A program made the translations under genes and the position numbers. Under the pieces are notes generated by a model. It was not told the origin of the DNA. It searched no databases and saw nothing but the letters and a program-made list of their open reading frames with translations. Shown in pieces: positions 1-14,870 of a DNA stretch of 64,000 bases; position 1 is the stretch's first letter; the number at the start of each line of letters is the position of its first letter. Origin of the DNA: Eledone cirrhosa (Eukaryota); contig OZ024741.1 in the NCBI GenBank assembly GCA_964016885.1, positions 100,750,001-100,814,000 of the forward strand, written 5' to 3'.

Positions 1-1380
1 CTTTTAGGTGTCTGAGGACTCTGTCCCCCCCCCCTCCCCATCCCCAGACCATTTCAAGAATCAGTGGGTCAAGAAGATCATCAATCTGATTTGAACTCAG
101 AATGTAAAGCAACCTAGCCAAATACTGCATCTCCATTGTTCTACCAATGTACAATTCCACCATTGTATATGTATGTTTGTGTATATTATATACATTCATC
201 TGATGGGCTTCCATACAGTTTCCATATACCAAATTTCACTCATAAAGCTTTTTGTCAAGATCTTATGGCATAAGATATTCACCCATGGTGTTATACTGTA
301 GAATGAGGCCTATAAACCTGTGATTGGAAAGCACACTCCTTAACAGTATGGACACACAAATTTTTTTTTTAAATTATCTAGCATTTGCTAGACTTTAGTA
401 ATAACCATATAATCAAGCCAACCATTTTCAATTCCCTGCAAGATGAAACCTCCACCACTATGATAGTTTTAGGCCTACCTGATGTTCAAAGCCTGATGGA
501 GTTCAATTTTGATTTCTAATCTTCTTTGGTGATAAAATAGGCGATTAATTCAATTGATTATAACCCCTTCCTTCTAAGTCTGTGACTTTCTGCCAATGCA
601 ATATCTCTTTATCCAAGTATGTTAGATGAGTGTTGGATAAACAAATGACTGTGTATTGTCAGTGATTATTATCTGTGGAAGAGGAAGACATAGGAAGAAA
701 TAATTAGTGACATCTCAGAAGACCAAGGGGATTTAGTGATATGTCGGATGGTTTAAGGTATTCAACACATGGGTGCAGGCATGGCTGTGTGGTTAAGAAG
801 TTTGCTTCAGAACAAATTCCACAAGATATTCTACCTGTGGCTCTAATGATTCAGCTTGTTTACCACATATTGGCCATAGTATCACTTCTAAATAATCAAT
901 ATTCAATACTATTCTAACTTAACCAATATATTGGTCTAATGTACCACCCCATGTAACACTCTCTAAACCTGGTCATTGACTGCCCTTAGTAGAGTTCAGG
1001 CCAGAACCCCACTGAACTTCCTGTCCAACACATTTGACCAACTGATATTCCAGCTAGACATTAACTACCTTAATCTCACCAGTCTGATAAGGCCGGCATA
1101 GCTCAGGGGCATTGTTTCTCTTTTTGTAACCATTTTATAAAAAGTATTCTACATATCTAATACCATTAACACTCAAGTAAAGTGGTAGTGGTGATACCAT
1201 GAAAAAAAATCCTATTCAATACACTCTGTAAAGTAGTTGGCCTTAGGAAGGGCATCCAGCCTTAGAAACCCTACCAAATACAGAGCATTTGAGTAAGATG
1301 GCTCAATACAACCCATGATAGTGTTGAAAGCAAACATAAAATGATCATCATTGTCTTATGTATGCATATATATATATATA

Positions 1381-2525
1381 CAGGGTATGGACGATATTTG
1401 TTTGCAAGATTACTGTCAAGGAAAAAATAACACTAGTTTTATTTTGTAAGATATATTTTTAAGATATATGACTTAGTGGTTAGAGCATTGGCCTTGCAAT
1501 CGGAAGGTTGTGAGTTCAATTCTCAGACCGGGTGATGTGTTGTTTCCTTGAGCAAGACACTTTTTTCACATTGCTCCAGTTTACTCAGCTGTAGAAATGA
1601 GATGATAGGGACTGGGGTCCATATCATTCCACTGCAAAGTGGTCGTGCAGGTGCCATGGCAAAAAAGCACCCAGCACTTACTGTAAATGAGGTTCGTGTT
1701 AGGAAGGGCACCCAGCTGTAGAAATCAAGCCAGAATCAGTTCCCGTCCCAACCTTGCAAGCAGGGAAAAAGCGGACGTAAAATGAAATGATAATGATGAT
1801 TTATCAAACTTGGGTCAGTTTGTCTTCATGACTTGTTCTTTCGATCTCACTCGATAAACCCGCCATTGGCTTTGATGATGGCCTCAGGGTGGCCTCGGAA
1901 CCAGCTACATGCCTTCGTCACTGTCCCCCGACTTAGGCCCCTAAAGGCACTTGTGATCCTGGCCTTCAGATCGTCTTTTGTATTGCAGCTAAATCTGTTG
2001 GTGTCTCGTTCCACTGCACCCCACACAAAGAAGTCGAGGGGGTTGCAGTCAGGCGAGCTGGGAGGCCAGATGTCAGGTGAAGTGTGGTCGACGAAGTTCT
2101 ATGACAGCCAGGCTTAGGTCTTTTGGCTGGTATGGCAGGGCGCTGAGTCTTGCTGCCACATGTACGGCCTACCTACAACTATCTGGTAGATCCAGGTCTT
2201 TACTACCTCACTCAGAACGCGGATGTAGCCATCGGTGTTCAGCTTGAGGCCCTCGGGGAAGAAGTGAGGTGGCATGACGTCACCTTGACTGCTGACGACA
2301 CCTAAGACCAATGTTGTCGCTGGAAACTTTGTCTGCATGACTCTGGGCATGTCTGTGCATGAGACACCATTCTCCTGCTGATGCTGAGAAAGTCTGTAAT
2401 TTCCTTATTTGTCCTCCTGGCACGGATTCCAAGAAGAACTCTGTGTCTCTTCCACAAATTTGGAGGTTCAAAATTATTCATAATAATTATTTTCAAAAAT
2501 AAATAATGGAAATATAGTCACTTCT
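1381..2525 (-). mobile_element. Decayed Tc1/mariner (maT/DD37D-like) element interrupted by a SINE
   Basis: TIR CAGGGTATGGACGATATTTGTTTGCAA follows (TA)n at 1381. Minus-strand transposase remnants (GDVMPPHFFPEGLKLNTDGY...WQQDSAPCHTS). Closely similar to the copy at 55337-56205. Confidence 0.85.
1467..1800 (+). mobile_element. tRNA-derived SINE (family 1) nested in the mariner
   Basis: A-box-like TGACTTAGTGG, B-box-like GAGTTCAATTC, central CCTTGAGCAAGACAC and (TGA)n tail; same family as 53811-54153. Confidence 0.85.
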
Positions 2526-4244
2526 AGTTACTGGCTTAAAAATCTTCTAAAAGACTGTAATCAATGGCCAGAGACCCATTAGCATAATGGTTAATATACT
2601 CACCTGTCACTTGAGAGATGCAGGGTTTCACTCCTTGATATTCCATCTCTAGGGGCACTTTGCTCGATTTTTCTCAACTATTATTTACAATGAACAATAT
2701 TATTTTAGATACCGATGTCGGGGCAAATGCATTTTAAATATATATGTATATTTATACATAGATGCCAAATTGATTGCTACTTCAAGCTTTGCCATGTAAG
2801 TTATGTTTCTACAATGAGTATTCCAGTTAAACTCAGGCACAGCCAAATTAAGAGTTTTGTTTCACATCCATGAGATGTTGGGTTGAATCTCATTTCATAA
2901 CATCTTGAGCAAATGTCTTTTGTCATAGCCACAAATCACTGAGTTGTAAATTATGTCTACCACTCAATAACAGGAACTGTCCCTTTGAGCAATTTCTACA
3001 CAGTTACCAAATTTTACAAGGTTTTGGTCAACCCAAGTCTATGATAGATGACACTTGCCCAAAGTTCCACACAGGAGAATGGAACCCGAAAGCATGTTTG
3101 AAAGTTGTGAAGCAAATTTCTTAACCCCACACCCATGGCTGTGTGTGTAAACATTTTTATAACAGACTTTGCTCCTTCATTTGTGAAGAGCTACTTTGTT
3201 GACATAGATTTCACACACTTTGGCATTCAACTGTCATTTCATTCACTTTCTTTTTCTCTTGCCTGTTCTTCTGTTCAAATCCTACTGAGGTCAACTTTGG
3301 CTTTCAATCTTTTGGGGTCAATAAAATAAAGGAGCAGTCCAAGGTGATTGATTGGAGAAATTTTTAGCTAGAGCATTGGACAAGATGCCTTGCGGTGTTA
3401 ATTAAGGCCTTGTGCATTCTGTTGTGGCCTCCAGTTTAAGGATTCATTTCTCCCTCCCTGTCACTTCTATTGGTGGCCTTGAAAAAAATCATGGGCACTG
3501 CTCTTCCTTTGCTGTATTGACACTAAAAAAAAAAGTATGTCAAGGCAAGGAATATTTCAGTACCTTTGTCTACAGCAGTGTGGTATGAACCATGGTATGG
3601 ATTTAATATGAGCACATAAGTCTGCCTGTCAAGAAAGGCATTGAAATTAACTCTTTCCAATATTACTGCAAGTATGGGTTGACTACTGCTGTACATGCAG
3701 ATATTAATGTAAATGTATGAAACAACCATTGGATTACCTTACAAACCATCTGAAATTAACCATTGCTTTATTTTTCTTTTGATATTGTAAGCAAGACATG
3801 GTTCTTGGCCCATCTGGGAAAAAAAGTAGCTTGGTCTATGAAGAACCATCCAACTTTTACCAGCATGGAGGAATGGGAGTTAAATGAGGATAATGATTTC
3901 TACGAAAGAATGGTGGTTTTCTAGATATATCTTTATACATTCTTGAGTTGTTCCCTTTCTCTGTCTCTCACCATCTTCCTCTAACTCCCCTCCCAATCTC
4001 TCACTAACTCCTTCCATCTGTATCTCTATATAACTTTCTTACACTAAGGGGGAATTCCCTCTCCCCACTTTGGTGGGGGTGGATGGGCATTTGGAATTTG
4101 GTTATTGAATTTTTGCTCAATGGGTGAAGTTTTTTTTTTTTTTTTTTTTTTGAAAGAGCAGTGGGAGTGGTTTTGACTGGGTGTTAGTAATGTATTTTTC
4201 TATCTTTTCTTAACTATCATAGCCATGAATGACAACAGTAAAGT

Positions 4245-4722
4245 CTGTCTGATGGACATTGTGTGGCACTCACATGTTTGACAGACATTGTGTGATTGAC
4301 AGATTTTGTTTGTCAAACAATCAGTGTCTGGCAAGTATTGTATGACAGTCACATGTTTTTGTCAAACATTCATTGTCTCAGGCATTGTGTGAGAGTCACA
4401 TATTGTTTGTCAAACATTCAAAATGTTTGACTGACATTCTGTGACCCTCATTGTTTGTTAAACATTCATTGTCTCACATTCATTGTGTGAGGGTCACATT
4501 GTTTGTCAAACATTTAGTGTTTGACAAACATTTTGTGACTCTCACATTGTTTGTCAAACATTCACTGTCTGACAGACACTGTGTGACAGTCACATTGTTT
4601 GTCAAATATTCAGTCTGACAAACATTTTGTGACCCTCATATAGTTTGTCAAGCATTCACTGTCTGATAGACATTGTATGACAGTCATGTTTTGTTTGTCA
4701 AACATTCAGTGTCTGACAGACA
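4245..4722. repeat. Degenerate ~48-bp minisatellite
   Basis: About 10 diverged units resembling CACATTGTTTGTCAAACATTCAGTGTCTGACAGACATTGTGTGACAGT. Confidence 0.8.
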
Positions 4723-5021
4723 AAATTGCCTGGCAGCTTTTCAATATTGATAATGACTTCTGCAGTAATCCAACATAGTAAAAAAGATGCTTCACTTTGG
4801 TTAATATTGCATTGTTGTTTATGCCTGTTGTTGTTGTACTTGGTGTTAGTAATGTATTTTAATATTATTGTTGTCATTGTTGTTGTTTATTAAAGTTCTG
4901 TCTGTTCTGTGATATTGATTTACATATTTTTGCACTTCACTTTCTCTCTCCCTCACTCTCTTTCTCTCCTTCCCTCTCTCTTTCTCTCTATATATTTCAT
5001 TTCTCTCGCTCTCTCTCTGTC

Positions 5022-5083
<62 letters not shown>

Positions 5084-6769
5084 ATATGTATATAGATATA
5101 GATATTTAGATTTATTAATGTATTATTGTTATTGCTATAATTCTGACTTTTAAAATAGTATTACTGTTTAAATCTCTTCTTTAAAACAAATATCTCTAAA
5201 AATGTTGATAAATTCTAAGTATTTTATACATGCATGAGTATTTATAAATGATGGCACAACTTTTAACACATTTTTAGGGGAGACACTTCACCGTATTTGT
5301 CTCATGTAGGCTGAACTTGTATTTAGATGGCCTTCCAATCTTAATTCCTATGTAACTATATGCTTCTGTAGAAAACATTACTAGCTTGAAAAAAATACCT
5401 AATCACTTGTTTGGTTATTTTTAATCAAGCCATTGAAAGAGTGTCTGAGTCTCTTCAAAATCACATGACATGCTAGATATATCAGTCAAATCTAGTTTGT
5501 TTAAGAAAGACACATTGTATAATGTTGTTAGATATGTGAAACATTAAAATTCATGTCTTGCTCACAGCATAGAAATGTATTAACATTTGTAAATGTTAAT
5601 GAATTTTGTCAATGTAGACCACCACTAGTTTTCCTTGAAATTGGTTTTTGCTAGATACACTATGTTGAAGAAGACCAGGTGGTCATGGTTGACATTCCAT
5701 TAATGATAGATCTGTTTGTTCTCGGAGACTTACATGGTTACCCAAGCCAAATCTCATTCAAATCATACTCTACCATCTAAAATAAAGGATATATTGAACA
5801 ATTATAGTCCTTCATATACAAAAAAGGCTGTATTGTCACAACTGAAATGCCTTTGATCATAGATTTGCTCAATCAGAGCTGACCCAGAGCTAAAAAATAA
5901 GGCACATTAGTCATGTATTTAGGATGGGGGTTCATGGTCTTGTGTGTGAACCTTACTTACGTTGTGTCATTCCTTGCCTCAGTTTGTGTAACTAGAAAGG
6001 AAATCCTACATCTAGTTACCAATTTTGGAGCTTAGAAGCAGGAACGACATCCTGTGTACCATTTCTTCTGTGTAATATGGAAAAGTGGATGTAAAACTAC
6101 CAAAACATAAAATCACACAGTTAAACAGATTGACAGGTTCCAAATAGGATATTATTGTTAAACCATTGTTCCAATGGTTTAACAACAAATATCCTATTGG
6201 GGGTTGGGTATTCTTATCATAATTAAATGATTTCTTTTTTTTATATTATTAATAATGATTTTGAAGGTGCATGACTGAGTGGTTAGAGAGTTGGATTCAC
6301 AATTGTGAGGTTGTGAGTTCGATTCTGGACCAGACGATGCATTATGTCCTTGAGCAAGACATTTTATTTCATGTTGCTCTTTCTGCCAGGAGTAGACTAA
6401 TAGATAGTATAAGCAACTGGAAAAACCAATGGAAACATTGTTTCCTTGGTCCAATCTGATGAATTCCACTCCACTCAGTAAATGATTGAGGTCTGGGATT
6501 TTGACGATCTTTCCTTTTTAAATTAATAATAATAATGATGATAATAACAATAATGGTTCAACATTCAGAATTAATTTACTGTCATCACACTTCGACTATA
6601 AATCTTTCTACACTTAAGTAATGTTTTGCTTTCTTTAAATGACTTGATTATTAAAATTAATTGCTTTCTGACATTATTGTAAAATTCTTATTTCTTAAAA
6701 AAAAACAATAATATTTTTCTTTTCTTTTTTTTTTCCCCCCAATATTTTTTTAATCTTTCCTTTTTCTAG

Positions 6770-6868
6770 AAATCTTTAAGTACCGAGGAATTAACAGCAG
6801 AGATGGCAAATTTGGAGGGCCTGATGAAAGATTTAAATGCCATAACCCAACAGGAATTCGAATGCTGA
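6770..6868 (+). CDS. NEO1/DCC: Terminal coding exon of a neogenin/DCC/frazzled netrin receptor (P3 motif)
   Basis: Long polypyrimidine tract ending TTTTTCTAG at 6769. Reads KSLSTEELTAEMANLEGLMKDLNAITQQEFEC*; EMANLEGLMKDLNAIT is the conserved C-terminal P3 motif. Too short to appear in the ORF track. Confidence 0.93.
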   Translation, partial: KSLSTEELTAEMANLEGLMKDLNAITQQEFEC

Positions 6869-7263
6869 ACTCTTCATTAGGCCTGACACATCCTTCATGC
6901 GGACATTCTGATGGCGACTAACCCCTCGTGTTGCCCTAAGCTCTGCGCAGTCACTATCAAGATAAACAACCAAACTGGCTAATACAATCCTACTTTCCTC
7001 ATCTGTACATAAAGTCGGCTATCTATCCCACACCACCACTACCACTGTCATTGTCACCCTATTCTCTACCACCCACTCTCTTCCTTCCTCCTCCCTCTGC
7101 CTTGTTGCTGTCAATTAGCCAGGTACTGTACAGAGCTGGGCTGGGTTGAGCGTGTCCTTCAGCTTTATCTCCACCTAAGAGATTTCAAAGATGGTTGGAG
7201 AAAAAATTCCAGGTGCAAACTTAAAGAAGTTATCTTTCTTCCTCTTTCTCTCTCCCTCTATCT

Positions 7264-7312
<49 letters not shown>

Positions 7313-7637
7313 CTCTCCTCCCTCTATCTCCTCTCTTGTTGTTTGTCATCTTTTTATCTAAGAAAATGAAAATAAAGAGAAATATTAAAATTTCAAAGAA
7401 AGGAAGAAAAATACATGGACAAAAAACCTGTTGAATATTATAATTGTAAACAAACATCACACATGCTCACATACCCTTTTATACACACAGAGTATGTGCC
7501 TGTGTTGGTGTGCGAGTATGTGTGTGTATGTATATACATATAATGTGTGTGTGTGCATATACAAACACATACATGTATACATACTTATTTATACACACAC
7601 TTAACTCTGTGTATGTATGTGTGTGTGTGTATGTGTG

Positions 7638-7669
<32 letters not shown>

Positions 7670-10600
7670 GTGAACTAATTGAAAATTTCAGTGTGCTAGA
7701 AATTTTTCTGGATGTGAGGCCCTGAGAGAAATATTTAAAAAGAAAAGAGGATTTTTTTTTTTTTACATTGGGCAAAAATGATGCTGTAATTAAATACTAA
7801 TAATGAGCTCAACTTCTTTGTTTCACCCACCAACACACACACACACAGACACACACACAGAAGTTGTGAAGTAAAAAGAGAACAAAAGTGACTATAAACA
7901 TAAAATATTCCTCATAACAGTTAGTTTACACCACCACTACCTACCGTTCATTTACTAACTGCATTAAACAGGATTTTTTTTTCTTTAATTTACCCCCTTT
8001 TTTTAAATCAACTCATTCAACACTTATTTTGTCCCCACCTCTAACCCTTTCCAATTTTGAATACCTGAAAAAGAAATTTGTTTGTTAATACATCTAGCTA
8101 TGAACATAATATGATATAACATAACATTATACAAACTCATTAAGTTGTTTTTCATTCATATTCAAATCAGTAAATAGTAAATTCTACCCCCTACCCATAC
8201 ATATAATCAAATAATTAATTTCAGCTTAATTTCAATGCCATATTCTTGTACTTCTAATAAAAGCCAAACTAATTTTGAAATAATTTCCCAACTGGAAATG
8301 GTTCTAAGAAAGAAAAAAGAAATAGTGTGTATGTGTGTGTGTGTGTGGTGTATGAATGTGTGTGTGTGTGTGGTGTATGAATGAGTGGATATGTATGTGT
8401 GTTTGTTTCTGATCCCTGTAATATATTCACGGGACTTGCAGTATCTTCTTTTTCTCCCAATTCCTATTTGGATTTCATCCTGTTTGATATCTTCTTTCTG
8501 TTCTCCTAATATTTTCTTTTCCATTGCCTACCTGCTGCCATAATTGTGTGATATTTATTTTATCACATTATCTACCCAGATTCTCACAAAAAAAAAATTG
8601 TTCTATTTTTCAATACCAAATCCTACTCTGTTGTCTACCATATATGTTTCTCGGCCCACCCCAACTCTGAGTTTCTCCATCAAAGTTTTTACATTTATTT
8701 TTAATGGTTAGATTTATCGGCACTATCTATCAGCCAACTATCTTCATTGACATGTTCAGTAAACCACCCTGTGAAACCTCTTCTTTTATATTAAATAAAA
8801 AACAAACAGCAGGGCATTCAACTACAATTGGAGTCTTGCGTACATACACATCCACACACAACCTCACACACACACACACACACATATGTGCTCACTCACA
8901 CTTACACACACATTTTGATAAGACAATTTCAAAACCAAGAAAGTATGAAACCAAAAATAATGATAATAAATAAATAAAATAAAATACTTAAACTGACAGA
9001 AAAGTTAATATGATCTTTTCAAGACATTTTGGATGTTTCATAAAAGAAAATTTGGAATTCTAAAGTTCCAGTTTAAACCAAAAATCTTCATCTTTAATTT
9101 TTCATTATTATTTTGTTATTTTTAAGGGGGCGATGAGCTGCTTTTTGTATTCCTTCCATTTTTACCTAATATTAATTTAAATGAAAAGTCTTTATTCATA
9201 AACAGATATCCCCCCACCCTCTTTTAATTTAAGAATTTGTACATGTATAACACTCACATTTCATTCTGTTCTAGAAGTTCTCAGTTTTTTTTTTGTTTGT
9301 TTTGTTTTTTATGTGTTTGTTTCCACTGTCCTCACTATAACAACAACAACATAAATATATGGACAATGGAATCTTCTGGATATTGTTTCGTTCATCTGAT
9401 TCATTATTTCATTTTTATTCTTTTGTTGTTTTTTTTTTATTTTTTATTATTTCTTGAAAAGCTTTAGAATGAACAAAAAATAATAACAATAATGATAATA
9501 ACATTTGGAAACAAGGTCAAAATAATTCTTTTGTATAAAACAATTTTCCAATCTTGATTCTGCTAATCCTTTGAGCTATGAAAATATTTATGACATAAAG
9601 AACAAGAGTTATGAAATTAAAATTTTTGGTGATTTTTTTTTTCTTTTCTTTTTTTTTTTTATATTCATTATTTCATCTTTACTTTTATGTTTATGTGTGT
9701 GTGTGTATGTTTTCTGTTGTTTATCATTTAGCTACCTGGTATAACTGAGAAATTTTCTAAAAGTGATTTATTGGGAATTGCATAGAAATATTCTTTCAAG
9801 TAATTGTATAAAATGTTTACAAAGCTAAACAAGTATCAGAGATTGCAAATAACTAAAAGGATTAGTGTTTGAGATTGTTGAAGCACTGAGAGTACCAGCA
9901 AAAATGATGTCAAGCTCTGATAAAGCTATTGTGTTGTGTATTTATGCTAGCACTGAAGTTATATTGCTCCTCTTAGTTCAACTACTTCTGCAGAAAAGTA
10001 GGAACCATGCAGGTGTTTCCCCGAAGTAAAGTTGTGACTATTAACAATGGTTTATGGCTGTAAAAATACATGCTTTGGTAATTTGCATTAATGTCTAAGT
10101 ATGCTAAACCATCTGAGTCACAAAATTTATCCTTTAAAAATTATTTGTACCAGCACAATGATGATAACAAGGATTATAATAATAGTAATGTATAATATGC
10201 TACATTTGGTGTGTTCTTCTCACCTCTTAACTAAATTTACCCACCTAGAAATCAGATACTAATCTTATCCAGAGAAATTTCTTTCATAAAGTAACAAGTG
10301 TATTTCCTGCTGATGAAAGGTTTAAATTATGAATAGTTTAATTGCTGTCCTTCCCAAAGAAACTAATCTTCAGCCACAGACAAGCTGACAATAGAACTTA
10401 GTCATAAACATCCATTAACCCGTTTACCACCATATTTCTAATGAAAGACCTGGCCTATGGTTTTCAAATAATTTTGAAAATAAAGAATTTGAATAGATTT
10501 AGTAATGCAACTAATATCCTCATTAAGATGATGTCTGGAACATAGCTTAATGATTAAATTATGATGAAAGCTTTTTAGATAAATATAAACATTTTAAAAT

Positions 10601-13600
10601 AAACAGTTTTTTATCCTACAAACGGCTGATTTCAAGAGGTTTTGTATCAAAAGGGTTAAGTTTTAATCTTTAGCATGCTGAATATTTTTATGAATTGCTT
10701 CCCTTGACGCTGTTATGTATTAAGGGGAAATTACTCTACTGGTGACATAAGGTGCCTAGAGTGCGCTGAAGGTTAAAACATGATTACAAAATAATTAGCT
10801 GTAATTAATAAGTACCCCATTACATTATCTTTCATGAGACGTTTTGAATTGACTGGCTTGATTCCTAATGAATTGAAATATAAAATGTCTCCAAGGCAGC
10901 TATAAATAGGCTGGTTCATTCTACGCTATTTTACTGCCATAATTGTTCTGGTTCATTCTATGCTATTTTACTGCCATAAATGTACTAACTAGTTATGATG
11001 CTAGCAACCAGAGAATAACTAAATGCCTTTAGCAAGTATGTATCTCTCATTGTCATCTTAACTATTTCCCAATATGTTGTTTGTATTTTTATTCCAGTCG
11101 ACTGTTTTATTTACATTGCATACTCACATCTTGCAATATACATTCACATTTTCACATTCTCTAAACTGCATAGTTCCCGTGCAACTTATGTATATGTTGG
11201 TAGGAACTTTGCATCACACATCATCACCTTACATATACACTAAACATACCAATCATAACATACACACTACACAACCTGAGCTCAATACTGCCATCTAATT
11301 ATCAAAGAAGATTCATTATATGTAGTATGTTAGTTATTAACAGTTAATTCTTATTATTTTTTAAGTTTTTATCTGAAGGTTAAAAACATTGATTCCTCTA
11401 AAGCTTTTCCTATATATATAAACGCAATCTTAATCAAAATATAATATCAGTTGGTGCAGATTTTTGTCTATACAAACCCAACTGTGATTACCCTAACAGG
11501 GATATTAATCCCACTTAATTTTTGCTACTTCTAAAATGAGATCAATGTATCTGTAATTGCAACAGTATCTTACACTAAACTTGAATTTTGTCTTAAAAGA
11601 AGTAGTAATTGAGATTTGCAATGAAATCCTGTTTCAGGTGCCGGAGAATCATTAAAGGAAGAATGAATGTGTTTGATGTCCTGCACCAAAAATATACAGG
11701 TTCATTACCCAGCTGCTGGCATTGTGTAGTGCTTTAAAGCAATGTATATTACTGAATTGTTTCAACTAAAAAGTATCTTGAGGACATCAAAGATGAGTGC
11801 TGTGAACATGTCAGAAATGAGTAGTTAACAACTGGGCCAACGGTGTCCAACCTTTTTCCCAACAAGTACCTCATTTATTTAAATGAATTTTCTCAAAGGT
11901 GTGTCTACGCAACAGCCTTTGTGGAGCTCCAGTACAGCATTGTGGTCTCGTAGGTTGGGAGCTGTTGAGTTAGATGAATATGCATTTAATAAAACATTTT
12001 ATATCTATTCAGTTCTCATGAGCTGATAGACCACAGACCAACCTGCTTTGTGACTATTACAGGAACATTACAAACTTGCTGAAATCAAAGATAACAGGGT
12101 AGAGTAACAAATAGAGGTTCAAAGATGTCATACAAAACATTTAAAGGATTTGTTAGGTATTATTTCAGATTTTCACCATTCTTAAACCAGCAAGAAGATT
12201 ATGGAAATTTCTATTTTGTTTGGGCAGATGTGTGTAAAAAACCTTCAGTAAAGTATAAACCTTGATATTAGTAGTATCCATTGAAGTGAAGGTGGTGTAT
12301 GGCAGATCATTTAGAGGAACACTCAAAATACCTTATGGTATTTAGTTATGTCCTTTTACCTTTTATAATCTGAGTTCAAGTTTCACCAGGCTCAAATTTG
12401 GGAATCTATAAAACAGGTTACAAACAAATGCTAGGGTTGATTCAATTAACTGTACACACCCTTAAAATGTGTGGTATTGTGCCTATGTTAGAAATTATTA
12501 TTACTATTATAATTAACTGTTATTTATTCCCTACATGGGACTGAGTTACTTATCCATTTATGTGAATGCAGTCATGGCTAAATGCTTAAGAAGTTTGCTT
12601 CAGAGTCATAAGCTTCTGGGTTTGATCCCTCTGCATGGCTTCTTGGGCAAGTGTCTTTTACCACAATCTTGGGTCGGCCTGTCTTGTGAGTGAAATTGGG
12701 TTGACAGAAACTGTACAGAAGCCTGTTAAATGGATTTTGCCTGTAATTCAAAGAGCCAGCCTTGTCACAGTGTGCCATGCTGAATCAACCTTATGATTTT
12801 GTTACCAGTACATGTATCTATAGAATAATCAGCCACTTACATGCTAATTTCATGAGTAGGCCATTCTAACAATTGAAAAACTAGAGCACTCATCAGCAGA
12901 ATCCAACAAAGGCCCTTAATACTTATCCATTTATTATAACATTAAAATCTCTAACAGGTAGACTGTATTGCACTGAAGTAATGTTCTTTTTCAGTCTAAC
13001 CTGTTAGAAAATCTCGCTCAGTTGTGTATATATAAAAATTGCATAAATATAAAAGATTGAATGAGTGGGAGAATCATATCAGTGTAGAAATAATGAAAAA
13101 TAAAAGTGAACTAAAGGGAAACAACTCAAATAAGCTAATGGCATGGATTGAAATATATAATGAATGACATATATAAAAAATGTTTAATGAATTTAAATTT
13201 TCCTCTTGATTGAAGAAAGAAAACAAAAAAGTCTCTCATAAAGAAAGATGGAGGTAATTTCTATAGATTAAGAAAAATGTCTAATCTTTGTTAGCAGGGA
13301 TGGTGGTGACAACAAATAAGTTTCAGTTTTATTAGAACTCTTCAGTGAAGCACAGACAACACAATACTACCTATTCAATAAGTATAGGTTTTACAATATA
13401 GTAAAAAGTTATGAATGTTTGTGAGCAGTTATCTGCTTAGTAACCCTTTTTCTTTATGTAAAAGACCTATGTTTATTGATTGTGTGTTTGTATTGTTTAC
13501 ACTTTGTTAACAAGTTTTAATAGGACTGAAACATGTTTTTTGTTGTTACCATCCCATGTAGCAAAGATGAAATTTTTCCAAAAGGCATGAGAATTAAATG

Positions 13601-14234
13601 ATCTAAATTAATTCTTAATCTATTATCTCTTCCTTTTGTTTGTGAGCCACTATCAAATGCCAATAGGTTTTTGTGTATGTTATTCAGTATATCTACACCT
13701 ACATGTTTTATAGAAATGCTGATGTCTGTGCTAAATCGCAGCAGTCTGTGATTCTGTGTCTCTCCTCTTCCCCTTCCCCACACCAATGTCATTAAATTTA
13801 ATCGGAAAGTTGTCATTAAATAAAACAAAATGCAAATTACATACTAGTTATAAAATATTAAAATAATAGATTTACTTTTAATTTTAACTTTTAGCATTTT
13901 ATAAATCTGATCTTAATTTATAAATATATTCTAACATCCCATCCTGTCTGATGTCATACTTTGTACTCCAACTTTCTATTAAATCAAACCCTGAAACTTT
14001 GCATTGAGATTTTTTAAGATTAAAAATCTTTATTTATATATTTATTTTTACATCAGTTTTCCCAAAGCGCTGATTAGTTCCTATTTTAGAATGGATTGTG
14101 CCAAAAAAAAAATAAAAAACAAAGAAGAATTAAAATTGTTCACTTTTGTTTCTCTGTTTCCTCCCCTCTCTCGCTCTCTCTCTCATTCATGCATTGAAAA
14201 AAAGTTTTAATATTGAATAATAATTTTTGTTAAA

Positions 14235-14266
<32 letters not shown>

Positions 14267-14870
14267 GTTGCAAAATAACAATGTACTTGTACATACTTAC
14301 ATGTATTCAAACATATAATGTGTATGTGATATATATATATACACATTCATGCTATATATATTAATGCTATACTGCAACACTAAGAGAGAAATCAGTGGCA
14401 GAATAACTCACCAGGTTTCCAGTTCAATTATATGTCAGTCCCTTCACGTACAGTTTGAAGCCCGGGAAAAGTGAATGCCCACTAGAGAAAGGCAGTCACA
14501 AGTGGAGTAGGGATCCCCACCAAAAACAGCTTGCTGTTATAAAAAATCCTTATGAGGATTATATATAAAAAAAGGTTGTAAGAAATGGTTATGAAACATG
14601 AACACAGTATATGTATATGTAATTGATATATGTATATAGAACTGATCGATATAGAACTGATTCTTGATTTCACACTCAATCATACATTATCTGAAAAGCT
14701 CAGAATTTCACTGAACTTTGACCCAGGATCACAAACCAGTCATCGACAACCTCAATTTGTGGAATAAACAAAGCAAAAAAACTCTTCCAAGCAAAAAAAA
14801 AAGAAGAAAAAATAGAGATTTTTGAAATATATAAAAAAAAATTGATGTGACAATAAATTTTTACAATAAT
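6869..14870 (+). other. Probable long 3' UTR of the neogenin/DCC gene
   Basis: AT/U-rich non-coding sequence with few recognisable SINEs up to ~12.2 kb; AATAAA candidates near 13.82, 14.76 and 14.85 kb. End point inferred. Confidence 0.4.
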
